A DNA stretch of 64,000 bases from Carcharhinus longimanus (GCA_030264375.1 JASCQW010000105.1:39311751-39375750), one strand, 5' to 3'. Positions 26,969 to 40,707 are shown, counted from the first letter of the stretch. The notes: generated from the letters alone by a model not told the origin. Translations and numbers: made by a program.

Positions 26969-29319
26969 CTGTAGAGCATAAAAAATACAGATATTAGCAT
27001 TTAAGTTATCACCATTCTATGCTTCTATTAAATAAACGCCTTTATGCAAAACAAAAACTCTAACACCAAAAAGCTTCAAGCAATTTTGCATATCATAAAC
27101 GTCAAATTCACCAATAATAAATAACTAAATCAGCAAAATTTCAGCTATGTTAGCTAAGATTAGTTTAAGTCAAGATCAAGCATTATAGCTGAATTAATGA
27201 AGCCCAATTCCTTCAAGAATTAGGAGTAAAGAAATGATAGCTTTCTCTATTATGTACGAAAGGCTCACTCTGAACTACATTTAAATTTCTGACTGGAAAG
27301 TAAAACCAAACAAACTCAACCAGATGAGAAAATAAGTGCCAAATTGTATCAAATCAAAATAAGAACCAAAAATGAGTTGAGTATCTTTGTATACTATGGG
27401 TAAACTATATTCAAAATAAGGCACATTCTACCTATAGGAGGTAACTAACATTAAACACACAAAACAGAATTATGGCAAATTAGCAGAATATTGATGGTGG
27501 GTATAAAGAGTTAACTACTGAGACTAGCAACTAGTGCTCTCAGCTTAATCCATCAGATAAAAATAACAATGTTTTATCTGCAAGTTACTCCACACAGTGG
27601 TCTCAGATACTGTTCCTCCCAAAGCTATTCACACTGATACAGGAAGTGGATAGAGCACCAATTCAACTGCACGTTCCTTTTGTTTGAACAGCTGACATCA
27701 TACAACATCCAACTCATGTGAACTTTTGAGTGCTGTGCAGTTACACATTGAACATAATTTCTTGAAATGGGATAAATTTTTTGTGACAAACCACAATCAG
27801 TAGAGATTGGAACTTTCAAAACCTTCAGCTTTAACTTAATGGGCAATAGTCTGCAGGTTTGTTCAAAACAAGAGTTAATATCTCCTTGAAATTAGAATGT
27901 CATATGAAGATTTGATGTCTCGTCAAGTTGCATTTCACCGGTACTTGCCAAAAAATTTTTCACCCAAGTTAGATGAGTAATGATACATTAGCAACTGTTT
28001 CAGTGCATTTGTGCCCTAGTAAATCATTGCTTGGCTTTAGAAGCTCTGATGAGCACAGAGACTTAAGCATGAAGATGCTTAATCTTGAAATTCTACAAAC
28101 AAATTTCACACATGCTGGATGCTGATAAGGACCAACAAGACAATTTCATGTTGACTCCCTTAATACTCAATTATTTTTGTGGGGTTTGTAAACAGTTTTG
28201 AAATTACAGCCACTAACGAGACTTGTAACGCAAGTTATCTTCCTGTTTAAAATTTCTTTAAGCTACCACGGTCTTGTTGTGTAGCTTAGGGAAGAAGCTC
28301 CTAGACTTCTAGGAGGGCTTAGGTGGGGTGCTCTGAGAGTTGATGTAGACTCGAGGGGCCAAATGGCCTTTTTCCGCATCGTCGGATGGCATGGTGGTTG
28401 CCGCTACTGCATCACAGCACCAGGGACACGGGTTCAATTCTGGCCTTAGATGACTGTGTGGACTTTGCATGTTTTCCCAGTCTCTGCATGGGTTTCCTCT
28501 GGGTGTTGCAGTTTCCTCCCAGTCCAAAGATGTATGGTTTTCCAATTTCTCTAGCTCAGGTCAAATCTGATTTTTAAAAGAAGTCCTGTAAAATAGAATC
28601 TAGCTTCCTTTATTTACCCATCCAAGAATACAACTGTAAACTGCCACCCACAATTGTTCATCAACATGTATTGTCAATAAGGTGTGTGGGGTAGGGGGAT
28701 TAGTAGGATATGCCTATTGGGACCAAAATAACAATGTTACATTGTGAGGATGTGGAGATGGATAGAAGAACTTTGCCTCATTCCTTTCTGATTAAAAAAG
28801 GACAAATCTACATGAAGAAAAACCAATTCCAATCACAAAATGCTTTATTGTATCTTGTTTTATCACAAGCATCTACTCCCTTGAAAAGTCTCAGGTATTT
28901 CCCTGTAAACATCATTTAAACTTGAAGTATCACAAGGGAACAAATGATATAATGGAGAATAAGTGTACCAGTATAGGAGAAAGTATGTTCAAGTTGGTAG
29001 AATTTTTAGAAGCAAAGTCACACAGGTGAACTACATTTTCTCATGGCTAGAAAATCCCAGATCATTTCAAGGTGGTTATATAATCTGCTGTAGCTTGCCA
29101 GACAAAACAATTCAACTGCAACAGACTTGAACTAGAAAAGCTCTTGAAACAGCAAGACAGATGCAGTTTTAAACAACTTTATGCAGGCAGACAAGTATAT
29201 TGACTTAAACTGATCACTCAAATAAAAAAACCATATTTAAGAGGGGGAAAACAGACATGGGTAGAATGCAGATGGAATATAAGACCTAAAATTTACTCTG
29301 CTTTCAATACTGCATGGGT

Positions 29320-29505
29320 AACCAATCCTGACATTTATGAACCAACCTCCCATCCATTGACTCTGTCTACAGTTCCTGCTGCCTCAGTACAAAGCCAGCA
29401 TAAACAAGGACCCCACGCATCCCAGACACTCTCTCTTCTACCTTCTTTCATAGGGAAAAAGATACAAAAATCTGAGGTCACGTACCAACCGACTCAAGAA
29501 TAATT
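29320..29505 (+). mobile_element. Rex1/Babar-like LINE fragment
   Basis: ccatccattgactctgtctac..aaggaccccacgcatccc..cgtaccaaccgactcaagaa (KDPTHP..RTNRLKN-type end). Confidence 0.6.
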
Positions 29506-31197
29506 TGTAAGGACTGCCTATGTTTGATCTTTACTCAGCATTTTGTACCAACAACTTGGCTTGCCATTGAAAGTCAACTCACACTGATACTCTCATAAAT
29601 CTATAATTCATCCACAACTACTCCAAGATGAGTACCAGCACTTTAAAAAGAATCATCCTGTCACGCGATCACAAACCAATGGGAAAAACAAACAAGGATG
29701 GCTCTGCTCAACATTCTTGAGAAATCTAATAATAACCCCCTCCCAATTCACACCACCTCCCTCATCACAACATCCCACAAGAGTTATTCTGAAGTATTTT
29801 AATGTACACTTCTACCTTGATAACCATTCCAGATATCACCCTGCAAAATATACACTTATGGTTTTCTTTGGCGATCTGGATGTTTATACCCCTTTGACAG
29901 TAAAGAAGCATTAGAATGTGTCTTAATTTGTTAAGATATCAACAACACCAGGATGAATTATCTCAACTGTGCGTTATGCAAAACTCTAATCCCCACTGTA
30001 TGCATCAGACTTATTGCACGCCAGATTGAAAGCAACACGGGAGGTACAAATTGTTGAGCTGAGAGCTCTGAAATGCATTAAGCAGGGATGATCCAAATTA
30101 AGCAGTTGAGCAAGGAAACTGAAAGCATGCACAACAACTGAAGGGTGAAGTCACCAATTTTGAGTTGCCTTAGTGCAGATAGATTCCAACATCCAGAACA
30201 AAATAACTCAAGTTATATGCAGAATGAACAAATGAAGTTCACTGGTCAACACAAAGATATGAAGAGCACAAGAATATGCAAACCTGTCAAATATTTTCAA
30301 TGACATCTATACATGTAATTTCCTAAAAAGCTTGTTACCCTCATTGATGTCAGCTTTCAAATACTGAATTAAGGAATACAAGGAGTTTTATATTATGTTG
30401 AAAAAAACTGTAGCTATAAATTAGGGAAGACAAATTCACTATGCAGTTTCCTCCAACACAATGAGCATGCACTAGCTGCTTAATTGTGCTGACAGGGTTG
30501 TGTTCAGTTACAAGATGAAGAGTAAGTCATGCAATATAGTTACTATAAAAATAAAGCATTTGGCACTTTCAGGTACTGACTACAAAACAGCAGCGAACAG
30601 AAATGCAGATAGTATGTGCAGACTTTCAAACTGAAGTCACACAAATAATGGAAATTGCAATGAGAGAAAAAAAACTCAAAGGACTGTGGTTACATGTTAG
30701 GCAGCGAGATGCATGAGTGAACTGACAAGTCATGAGAAAGTATTCTTCTAAAGACTATATAGGGGAGTTTCAGAGTTCATAAAAGGATTTGGAAAATTGA
30801 AGTATAGTCATAGTCAAAGACACAAAAATATTCACGTCAGTCATTAACGGTACAGAAGGAGGCCACTCAGCCCAACATATCCATGCCAATTGTATCAAGG
30901 ATTTTACAGAAAAACATTAACTCTATACTTAGTCCTGTTTAAGAGCCAAAGTTGAAGTTTGCTAAGTCATACTGACAAATTAGTCCCTTTTTTATTAAGT
31001 ATCTTCTCTAAAGTTTCTGATTAATTGATACCTTGATTATGGCATTTAGAAATAAATATGTGGATGTCGAAAAGCTCATGGTCTCAGGGTCAACACCGAA
31101 ACATTTTTTCCAGTTTTATTAAGTAACCACCCAAAAAATTATCTCCTCGTTACACTGGAGAAAAATTTATTATAAATCACTATGGTTGTCATTTATA

Positions 31198-31445
31198 ATG
31201 TGGAGATGCCAGCGTTGGACTGGGGTAAACACAGTAAGAAATCTCTCAACACCAGGTTAAAATCCAACAGGTTTATTTGGCAGCACTGACTTTCGGAGTC
31301 TCAAGCTCCTTCCTCAGGTGAGTCACCTCACTTGAGGTGACCTGAGGTGATTTTTCTCACCTGAGGAAGGGGCTTGAGACTCTGAAAGTTGATGCTGCCA
31401 AATAAACCTGTTGGACTTTAACCTGATGTTGTGAGACTTCTTTCT
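31198..31445. mobile_element. Penelope-type fold-back insertion with two degenerate hammerhead motifs
   Basis: Inverted arms; CTGAGGA..GAAA on both strands (31284-31320 minus, 31358-31394 plus). Confidence 0.82.
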
Positions 31446-32444
31446 ATGAGGCAGCTGTGTTGACCACAGTGCCACCGTGGTGCCGTAGGGATAGAAATCT
31501 ATGATTAGATTCTATGATTTCTATCTGTATGATGTTAAACTAAGGGCCTTAGGGATAAAACTACGATGAATGGGGAGGTGAAAGAACTTGAAGGCTGAGA
31601 CATTCTAAATTCACAAAGCCCCCATTATCTACTCCCACCCATTTCCTTCCCTCATGCACACCCCCCCCCCACCCACCACCCTTCCTCATTCCCCACTACC
31701 CCCACTCCACCTTGCTCCCCTCAACCTACCAAAACCTGCCCTTGCCTCTCTATCTCGCTCCCCCAACCCGTCACCCTACTCCCCTTGTCCTAATGGTTAC
31801 ACCCACTCATCTCGCAATTTCCACTCCCCCCCCCCCCTCAACAACAGTTCCTCCTCCAGCACCTTGCTCCCTACCCCACCCCGATCACCGCCCGGCCTGT
31901 CCTGCCTCCCCTCTCCTTGGAAAGCTATTTGACCGTGGGGGCATCTGCATTAGGGCAAACCCAGGAAGTGTGGGCTGCAGCAGGAGGGGAATGAATGGAA
32001 AGGGTTAAACAGACAGCCTGATTGTTGTATTTACGCTCACTGTAGGCAGACACAACAAATTGCCACATCCCAGACAGCACTGACACAGTTGTACCCCAGC
32101 TGAAATCTTTCTGAGGCTACAGCAACAGTAAGAGAATTAATGCCACTTAACTAGGCTCCACAATGTCTTGAGGAGCCATTGCACATCTGGAAATGAATCA
32201 AGTATCGGGGAATGGGGACAATTAACACACCATCAATATCAGCTTGACAAATACCACGCTTTGATATTATAAACAGGTAGACAAGATATGTCCAGAAAAT
32301 GCTTAAAGTTAAAGCACACAGGACAATGGATCTGCATAATGTGATACAAACAGAACTGTAACAAATTCAAAGTAACAATATAATGACCTAATATAAATGT
32401 AAAGCTTTGTAACGCAAAAAAGGGTATAAGAATCTGTAGAAGAA

Positions 32445-32771
32445 ATCATAGAACCCTACAGTGCAGAAAGAGGTCCTTCAAGTCTGCACCGAACACAATC
32501 CCACCCAGGCCCTACTCCCATATCCCTACATATTATACCCATTAATCCCTCTAACCTACACATCCCTGGACACTAAGGGGCAATTTCTTAGCATTGCCAA
32601 TCAACCTGACCTACACATCTTTGGACTGTGGGAGGAAAGTGGAGCACCCGGAGGAAACCCACACAGACACGAGGAGAACGCGCAAACTCCACACACACAG
32701 TGACCCGAGTTGGGAATCGAATCCAGGCCCCTGGAGCTGTGAAGCAGCAGTGCTAACCACTGTGCTACCAT
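32445..32771 (-). mobile_element. HE1-like SINE, near full length
   Basis: tRNA-like head (tagcacagtggttagc; ggattcgattccc) and CR1-type tail. Confidence 0.85.
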
Positions 32772-32864
32772 GTTACCCAATGGGCTTGAGGATGCCCAGA
32801 TCTTTCAAACTTTTTAGTTCTTTTTTCAAAGTTTTTAAAGTTTAATGTTAAATTTAATTATGTT

Positions 32865-33278
32865 TTAAAGTTTATTTATTAGTATCAAAGTAGGCTTACA
32901 TTAACACCAAAATGAAGTTACTGTGAAAATACCTCAGTTGACACACTTCAGCATCTTTGTGTACAGGCATCTCTACAAGGGACTGCAAACATTAAGTCTT
33001 TGCCATTCCGGGACTACATTGGTGACATATACTGGAGAGACACTTAAAATAGTGGGGACAACGTCCATGCCTGTATACTAAGGAAGAATTTAACATGGCC
33101 AATGTACTTGACCAGCACATTGTTTAGATGTTGGAGAAAACCAAAACACCCAGAGGAAACCCACGATGACACGGGTTAAATATGCAGACTCTGCACAGGC
33201 AGTGACCCAAGTCAGAAATCAAACCCAGGTCCCTGGCACTGTGAGGTAGCAGTGCTAACCATTGTGCCACAGTATGCC
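32865..33278 (-). mobile_element. HE1-related SINE variant interrupted by a ~120-bp Gypsy-derived insert
   Basis: Head and tail match 20960-21236; extra segment at 32961-33080. Confidence 0.8.
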
Positions 33279-33279
33279 C

Positions 33280-33810
33280 TTGTCTGGTATAACGTGTGGG
33301 GCACTGGGTGAGCTCAGAAAAACATAGGTATAACCTCAGGGTTTATCAGACTCAATTATCTGATCCAATTTTCTCTGGAATATCTTCTAATATATACATA
33401 GGAGCTCTTTGAATCCCACATCCTGGAAATTAAATACTTCCAGCCAGCTCAGTTTTATTTGCTTTAAACAGTTCCATCCCGTGCCACTGGACCTCTATCG
33501 TTCAATCACCATGATGGGTAATTGAACTGACTTGTTCCTACAGCATATAGTCATGGACGTTGTCCCCACTATTTTCGGTATGTCACCAAAGTAACCCCAG
33601 AATGGCGAAGACTTAAGGTTTGCAGTCCCTTGTAGAGATGTCTGTATCTGTTTCTTTTCCATGACGATGGCTGCAGCATCCATTTTGACCTCCATTTTCA
33701 GGGGATGGCTGTTAACCATTAAAACAATTGCAATGGAGGATATTTTGATAAATTGGACCTGATTCAACGTGTAGGCCTGGGATCCCTCCTTTGGTTCCTT
33801 TGGCAGCTTA
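33280..33810 (-). mobile_element. Gypsy LTR-retrotransposon aspartic protease remnant
   Basis: VNSHPLKMEVKMDAAA (cf. VNGxPLKMEVDTGAA), IVGTT, QLPIMVI, GWNCLKQIKLSWLEVF (cf. GRNWLxxIKLDWxEIF). Confidence 0.7.
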
Positions 33811-34214
33811 AAAATAAAGTAAAAGTTTTAAAGTTTACTTATTAGTCACAAGTAAGGCTTACATTAACACTGCAATGAAGTTACTGTGAAATTCCCCGAG
33901 TCGCCACACTTCGGTGCTTGTTCAAGTCAATGCACCTAACCAGCATGTCTTTAGACTGTGGGAGGAAACCTATGCAGACAGGAAGAACAGGCAAACTCCG
34001 CACAGACCCAAGCTGGGGATCNNNNNNNNNNNNNNNNNNNNNNNNNNNNNNNNNNNNNNNNNNNNNNNNNNNNNNNNNNNNNNNNNNNNNNNNNNNNNNN
34101 NNNNNNNNNNNNNNNNNNNNNAACAGCAGAGCGGACTCAATGGGCCAAATGGCCTAATTCTGCTCTTGTATTAAATGAACTTTTCAGTAATGTGTATAAG
34201 CCATGTACCACTGA

Positions 34215-34410
34215 TTTGATTTAATTTGATTTTGATTTGATTTATTATTGTCACATGTATTCGTGAAAAGTATTGTTTCTTGCTATGCAGACAAAGCATA
34301 CCGTTCATTGAGAAGGAAAGGAGAGAGTGCAGAATGTAGTGTTACAGTCATGGTGAGAGTGTAGAGAAAGATCAACTTAATGAAAGGTAGGCTCATTCAA
34401 AAGTCTGATG
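34215..34410 (-). mobile_element. Rex1-like LINE 3' end with (TTTGA)n tail
   Basis: tttgattttgatttgatttattattgtcacatg. Confidence 0.55.
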
Positions 34411-34751
34411 GATAGAATTAGAACAGTGTTAGAGAGTTTAAAAAAATAATAAAGTTATAGAAGTGTAGAACAAGAGTAAAAGAGAATTAGAAGGTATGCT
34501 GGGCACAGCTTTGCCTCGCTCCGGTGTTATTGGTGTGACCAATATAATCAAGGTTGCAGTCATGACTTTCAAATAAATTGGTTGAGTATTTTGTTGGCTT
34601 GCCAGAGACTAAGGAAAAGGACCATTGTGAACATGCAAAATAGTGGTAGGCCATTCAGCCCCACGGGTCTGTTCTGCCGTTCAATAAGATCATGGCTGAT
34701 CCGTTTGAGTTGAGTTCCACCTTCGCCCACCTAACCCCAATAAACTTTAAT

Positions 34752-35082
34752 TTCTTTTTATTCATTCGTGGGACATGGGCGTCACTGGCTGGTCAGCATT
34801 TATTGCCCTTCCCTAGTTGTCTGAGGGCAGTTGAGAGTCAATCACATTGCTGTGTCTCTCGAGTCAGATGTAGGCAGATTTCCTTCCTGACAGGACATTA
34901 GTGAACCAGATGGGTTTTTCCTGACAATGGTTTCATGGTGATCAGTAGATTCATAATTCCAGATATCTCTTATTGAATTCAAATTCCACCATTTGCCGTG
35001 GCGGGATTCGAACCCAGGTCCCCAGAACAATAGCGGAGTTTCTGGATTAATCGTCGAGCAATAATGCCAGTAGGCCATCGCC
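34752..35082 (-). mobile_element. tRNA-derived SINE with CR1/L2-type tail, inserted in a CR1 3' UTR fragment
   Basis: B-box gggttcgaatccc on minus strand; tail shared with the LINE at 2215; relatives at 46140-46440, 51655-52030 and 45200-45325. Confidence 0.78.
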
Positions 35083-35653
35083 TTTGATTCCCTTACCTAA
35101 CAAGAATCTATCTATCTCCAGTCTAAAAATCTTCCGTGATCCCGTTTCCACTGCGTTCCAAAGTTGCACAAACCTCTGAGAGAAAAGTTGTTGTCCTGGT
35201 TCTAATCTTTCGGATCTCTCTAGAAATGACTTAAGTTTGAGTGAGGAGGATGTTTGGTGAGGTTCCGAGTTCAGAGTGGCTGTTCAAGCACAGATGTAGT
35301 TGCACTTGGTACTTTAGTGGAAGGAAATGGGAGTTTATTAAACTCAGGGGTTAATGTGTCTATAAATGCCTGTTAAGGAAATGGCGTCATCCTTGCTATC
35401 TGCGTAGCTTCCTAACAGTTTGTTGTTGAGTTACTACAAAACCAGCGGTGCTCTTGATTTGAGTTAAGGGTTGAGACAGGAGTGGCAATGGGCTCTCCAA
35501 AGTCCAGACCCATTTATTCTGGCTCTATAGGCTGCTCGCTATTATTGTCCATTAATACTAATAACTGGATACCTCACTTGTCCACAAAGAGAGGGTAGGA
35601 GCATTGTATCTGGCATTCTAAATATAATCTATTTTCCCTCCCAATTTCATAAA

Positions 35654-35963
35654 TTCATAGAATCCCTGCAGTGCAGAAGGAGGCCATTTGGCCCATCGAG
35701 CCTGCGCCAACAATCCCACCTGGGCCCCATTCCCGTAACCTCACATATTTACCCTGAAAATCCTCTGACATTAAGGGGCAATTTAGCACGGCCAATCCAC
35801 CTAACCTGCACATATTTGGATTGTGGGAGGAAACCAGAGCACCCAGACGAAACCCATGCAGACATGGGGAGAATGTGCAGACTCCATACAGACGGTGACC
35901 TGAGGCTGGAATCGAACCCGGGCCCCGGCGCTGTGAGACAGCGGTGCTAACCACTATGCCGCC
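35654..35963 (-). mobile_element. HE1-like SINE, near full length and young-looking
   Basis: Head ggcggcatagtggttagcaccgc, B-box gggttcgattcc, tail ttctgcactgcagggattctatga. Confidence 0.87.
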
Positions 35964-36084
35964 TGTGCAAATTTAAATACTGCAATGGTTCAGTTCAAGT
36001 GTGAACTCCAAATCTGTGGAGTTGTCTGGAAGTATTTGCATACCACAGCCTGAGAGCCAGACCCATCTGACCTGCTTGGCAGTC

Positions 36085-36490
36085 ATGACGTGGAGATGCC
36101 GGCGTTGGACTGGGGGTAAACACAGTAAGAAGTCTCACAACGCTAGGTTGAAGTATAACAGGTTTATTTGGTGGCAAACACCACTAGCTTTCGGCCTCTG
36201 ACCCTTCATTAGGTGAGTGGAGAGTTCTGATCACAAACAGGGGATGTAAGCACACTCATGCAGTTTACAGAATACTGATTAGAATGCGAGTTTTTACAGT
36301 TAATCAAGTCTTAAAGGTGAAGACTCGCATTCGAATCAGTATTCTGTGAACTGAGTGTGCGCCTTTATATGCCCTGTTTGTGATCAGAACTCCCCACTCA
36401 CCTGACAAAGGAGCAGAGCCCTGAAAGCTAGTGGTGTTTGCCACCAAATAAACCTGTTGGACTTTAACCTGGTGTTGTGAGACTTCTTAC
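36085..36490. mobile_element. Longest Penelope-type fold-back insertion (~165-nt arms)
   Basis: Arms ~36126-36290 and ~36323-36490; hammerhead-like motifs at 36182-36215 (minus) and 36399-36433 (plus). Confidence 0.85.
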
Positions 36491-36736
36491 GTCATTTGTA
36501 AGCCAGCTGACAAAAGCTAACAAACATTCATGATCCTAACATAAACAGTTACTCCCAAACCACTCTCCTGATTGCTATGAGCCCTTCGAATTTGGTTGTA
36601 GTTCCTAAGGAAAACATAGGCTAGAGATATGACAAATACACTTTCTAAAAATTAAAAACACAGTGTAGCAATTATGAAAAAAAAGGTTTGTGACACCTTA
36701 GTTTCTTAGTGGTTCAGTGGGCTACTAATACTAGAA

Positions 36737-37015
36737 CCATAGAATCCTACAGTGCAGGAGGCCATTCAGTCAATCAAGTCTGCACCAACTCTGACAGAGC
36801 ATCTTACCCAAACCCTATCCCCACAATCCCATGTATTTACCCTACCATTCCCCTTACACATTGGGACACTAAGGGGCAGTTTATCATTGCCAATTAACCT
36901 AGCCTGCATGTCTTTTGACTGTGGGAGGAAACTGGAGCACGTAGAGGAAACCCAGGCAGGCAGTCACATAAAGCTGACAATTGAACCCGGTTCCCTTGTG
37001 CTTATCCACTATGCT
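36737..37015 (-). mobile_element. HE1-like SINE
   Basis: Same signatures as 32445-32771. Confidence 0.75.
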
Positions 37016-37199
37016 ATTATTTTTTTCTTTGTATTTCCATGTGTCAGAGGGCTTACACTCTTTAGTTAATTTAACGCTGGACCAAAACCTTGAAAAGCCA
37101 AATTTATGACTATTTGGTTTCCCATTCATGCAAACGTAGCTACAAAAATTTTCAGCTACACTATCGTAAGCCACTTAGACCTTGCAAACATATGAGACT

Positions 37200-37790
37200 C
37201 TATTTGTGATATATACTACTAATTCTTTATTTTCTGAATGAAAACTATAGAAATTTTGGGTGGGAAGTGAAAAAAGAAATGAGAGGTTTGAGTATGATAT
37301 GCAACTGGAAACAAAAGGGAAAAACCAAAAATCTTCTATCATCATATGAGTCATTGGTGCAAAGATGAGGGGTGGAGCCAAGTAGAATTCAAAAAAGGGG
37401 ATGAAGGCAAAACACATGGCTGAGGTGCTAAATGAGTACTTTACAACTGCCTTTACCAAGGAAGATGCTATCAAAATTACAATGAAGGGGGAGATAATTG
37501 AGATACCAAATGTGTTAAAAATTGATCAAAGAGGTTTTAGAAAGGCAGTCTGGAGTTAAGTTGGTAAGTCACCAGGGCGAAATGGGATACATCCAAGCAT
37601 GCTAAGGTGAGGGAAGCAAAGGCAGAAATTCAGAGGTACTGTCACAATTGTGCAATTTTAGGGCAGTGCAGAGGACTAAAGAATTGCAAATGGTACTTAT
37701 GTGCTCAAAAAAGGTTATAAGGATAAACCCAGCAACTACAAGTCAGTTTAACTTCAATGGTAGGAAAGCTTTTAGAAACAATATCTAATG
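37200..37790 (+). mobile_element. Old CR1 LINE internal remnant
   Basis: atggctgaggtgctaaatgagtacttt; aaggataaacccagcaactaca motifs. Confidence 0.65.
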
Positions 37791-39277
37791 ATAGCCTTTA
37801 GGTTACAGACATACGTCAAGTATTACTCATTGTAACAGTTGCATCACTGAGTAGGGTTTTTTTGATAAAAATGCATTTCACAATATCTGCTGCTGAATCC
37901 ATTTAACATTCAACATACTCAAGACCAGTGATTTATGATGAGTGAAATAAACTGACTCATTATATAGTAGTATGGGTGTCAGCAACTCATTTGGGATTGT
38001 ACTATACAATAATGGCAGTAACAGTAAAGTAGTAATTTACTTGTATCTTAATTTAATCTATAAATTTTAGATATGCAGCAACACCTGGGAGTGGGGAAGG
38101 ATCTGTGAAAATAGGGAGCAGAAAAAACCTGATTTGGTANNNNNNNNNNGGGGAATCCCAGTGTGTGGGAATATTAGATGCAACGTAATAGGAACAGAAT
38201 GCTAGTTATGAATGCAGTTCTAAGACAGTGCTCCTGCAATTGCATGAAAATACAAAGTTTGTCCTGCGGATGTGGCAATGGTGTACAGGTGGCTTAAATG
38301 CACTGAGGGGTAAATGCAGTGGGTGTTGAAAGACTGGGAGGGGTTACAAAAACCAGGTAGGTGTTTCAAGAATATCAACAGCAAAACGAGGCTGTTGNNN
38401 NNNNNNNGGGAGCTATGGGAAAAGAGCATTTTTTACGTGGACTATTGAAACTAGATTGCTGTAAAAGATTTGGTGCAGCAGCAAAGGTAGGCCCTGGGTG
38501 CAAAAGTATTGGCAATAAGGATTTTTGTTTAAGAGGATACAAAGGTTGGTTTTGAGGTCATTATGCATTGAGGCATGTAGCTGGATGGTTTGGGTTTCTT
38601 GTGTTCTGAAAGGGTGGTCCAGCTCTTGAAAGTTTAAATGGTGTTCTCAGCAGTTCAAAACAGATGCAATGTCCCATACATCTCAATGATTTGGAGTAGC
38701 AACTCAATTTTATCTTATAGAAAGCCAAATTTCAACTGATGGGCAATCGAAACATTACAAACAATCTCCACCTATTTTTTCTTTGCCCTACAGATCATCC
38801 CATTTTTGCTTGTATGGGCAGAGTACAGTCCAAGGCAAGGCGGATGGTTTGAGAATTCTCCTCATATTGATAAATTCCATATTTAATAACAGATTAATCC
38901 CCTTTTTAGCATTCTTCACTATAATCGAAGTACCAGAAATGCTGTTTGCAATTGAGAGAGTTTACAAAAGATGTTATTGCTGCATTTTAAGATTCTTAAT
39001 TAAAAAAAGGACTTAGCATTTTTGTTGCCTACTGAACCCTTTGATATCATGAATTCTGCACTAGATAGTAAAAATATTTTAAATTTGTTTGTCATGCCAA
39101 AGCATGTTTCCCTCATAAGCAACTCTTCTATTTCAAGTTAGCATCCAAATCAGACATTTAATTTGTCCTCATTATACATATCTGATTATCCATACCAGAC
39201 AACAATGGGAAATACAGAACATTTTGCCACCAATCCTCAACAAATTTACATATTAAAATATCAAAAAAACTGCTTAC

Positions 39278-39393
39278 TTGATTAGTGCTGCAATTATCTG
39301 AACATTTAATGCAGAACCACTGACAAATCGATCATGTAGAATCTGAAATCCATTCAATGTCCCAAACTTGTTTATAAGATCCACAAGCCAACC
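39278..39393 (-). CDS. USP9X: USP9X exon 7 ([39 protein letters not shown])
   Basis: 116 nt; ctatag| and |gtaagc. Confidence 0.97.
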
Positions 39394-40707
39394 CTATAGA
39401 GAAGTTAGAAGTCAAAATCCAAGTTATCTATATACATTTAAACTCATCGTAACAGGGTTTTGGCAGTTATGAGAAATCACTGAAAGCTTGTCTTTCTATA
39501 ACTTGTAGTGTTAGATCAAACTTCAAAAATGCAGTACCAATTCCTGATTTATGAAGACAAGAGTAAATGACTTGATCCTCTGTCATTGTGATCAAATTGT
39601 TATAGAAGCGCAATACTTGTCAACTTGTACTTTCAAGGTTGACTCGAGAGAAAGCATTTTGCTCAAAGCAATCCCTCTTCAAAGAAATGCTGACCAATTT
39701 CTCAACTTAATTAGATGAAAATATTAGAATCATCAAAATCAACTGAAGACATTTTTTTTTTGGAAAAACGAGGTGAGAGATATTTCCACACTGACCACCA
39801 AGTGAAATACCATTGGCCAACAGTTTACTTAGCTTTAACAAGCTTTCACTCCAATCCCTGAAGTGCATTCATAGTATATTAATTACCAACTTCCTGGATC
39901 ACTAACTTTGGAGCTGTGAATGCCAAATTTAACCATTTGTGTCAAGCTGACACCGACTTGGAACTTTGAAGGCCCAAATGCTGCAAGGATATACTGTGTG
40001 TGTGTGGGGGCAGTGGAGATGACTAGCTCAGAAATTAGCTTGTTGACTTCTAAACAGCATGCTAATAAACTGTATTAACCAATTTTATCATTGTTTTTGT
40101 CCTTAACACCTTTCCGACCTCTTCACTGAGGTTTGGTTCCACATAATTGCTTTGCGTCAGATATGGGCACAATCTTGTGGAAAGCTCTGATTAGGATGGT
40201 AGTTCATATGGAAGTAGCAGCTAAGCCTTTCCTGCCCTGAATTCAATGTCCACAGACACAAAGCACCAGCCAGAATTATAAATTAATAGGATTGGGAATC
40301 CTGCAGAATTGTTTCCTCTCTAACCCAAAGGCACTCAGGTGAACTTCAGAATTCCAGTTGCTGCTTTACGAAGCTAATTCAGCAGAGATCCGAAATATTT
40401 GGGCTCAGCTGTTTAGTGTATAAACCTGCAGAGACTCCCACGAAACTAGACTGAATGTTTATTTGATCTTTAAAATTTCACTTGTTCAGTATAATAATTC
40501 AGATTAACAGTAAAATAAGTGACTAAATCAAGATCGTACACTTGGACCAAAGTAAATGGCACAAATTAATCCAACACTATAGTCCTGAGATGCACAGTTA
40601 TAACCAAGTACACAATTATATTAAAACTCAATCAACTGCAACAATTGCCCATTAGTTTATAATAGTGAAGTCCATTAAGCACCACAAAAATGACAGATTC
40701 TCCAAAC

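Noticed and set aside
31654-32008. Proline-rich ORFs
   Set aside because: C-rich low-complexity or repeat sequence with no splice or homology support.
35900-35963. tRNA-like A and B boxes
   Set aside because: These are SINE heads and do not form a complete cloverleaf.
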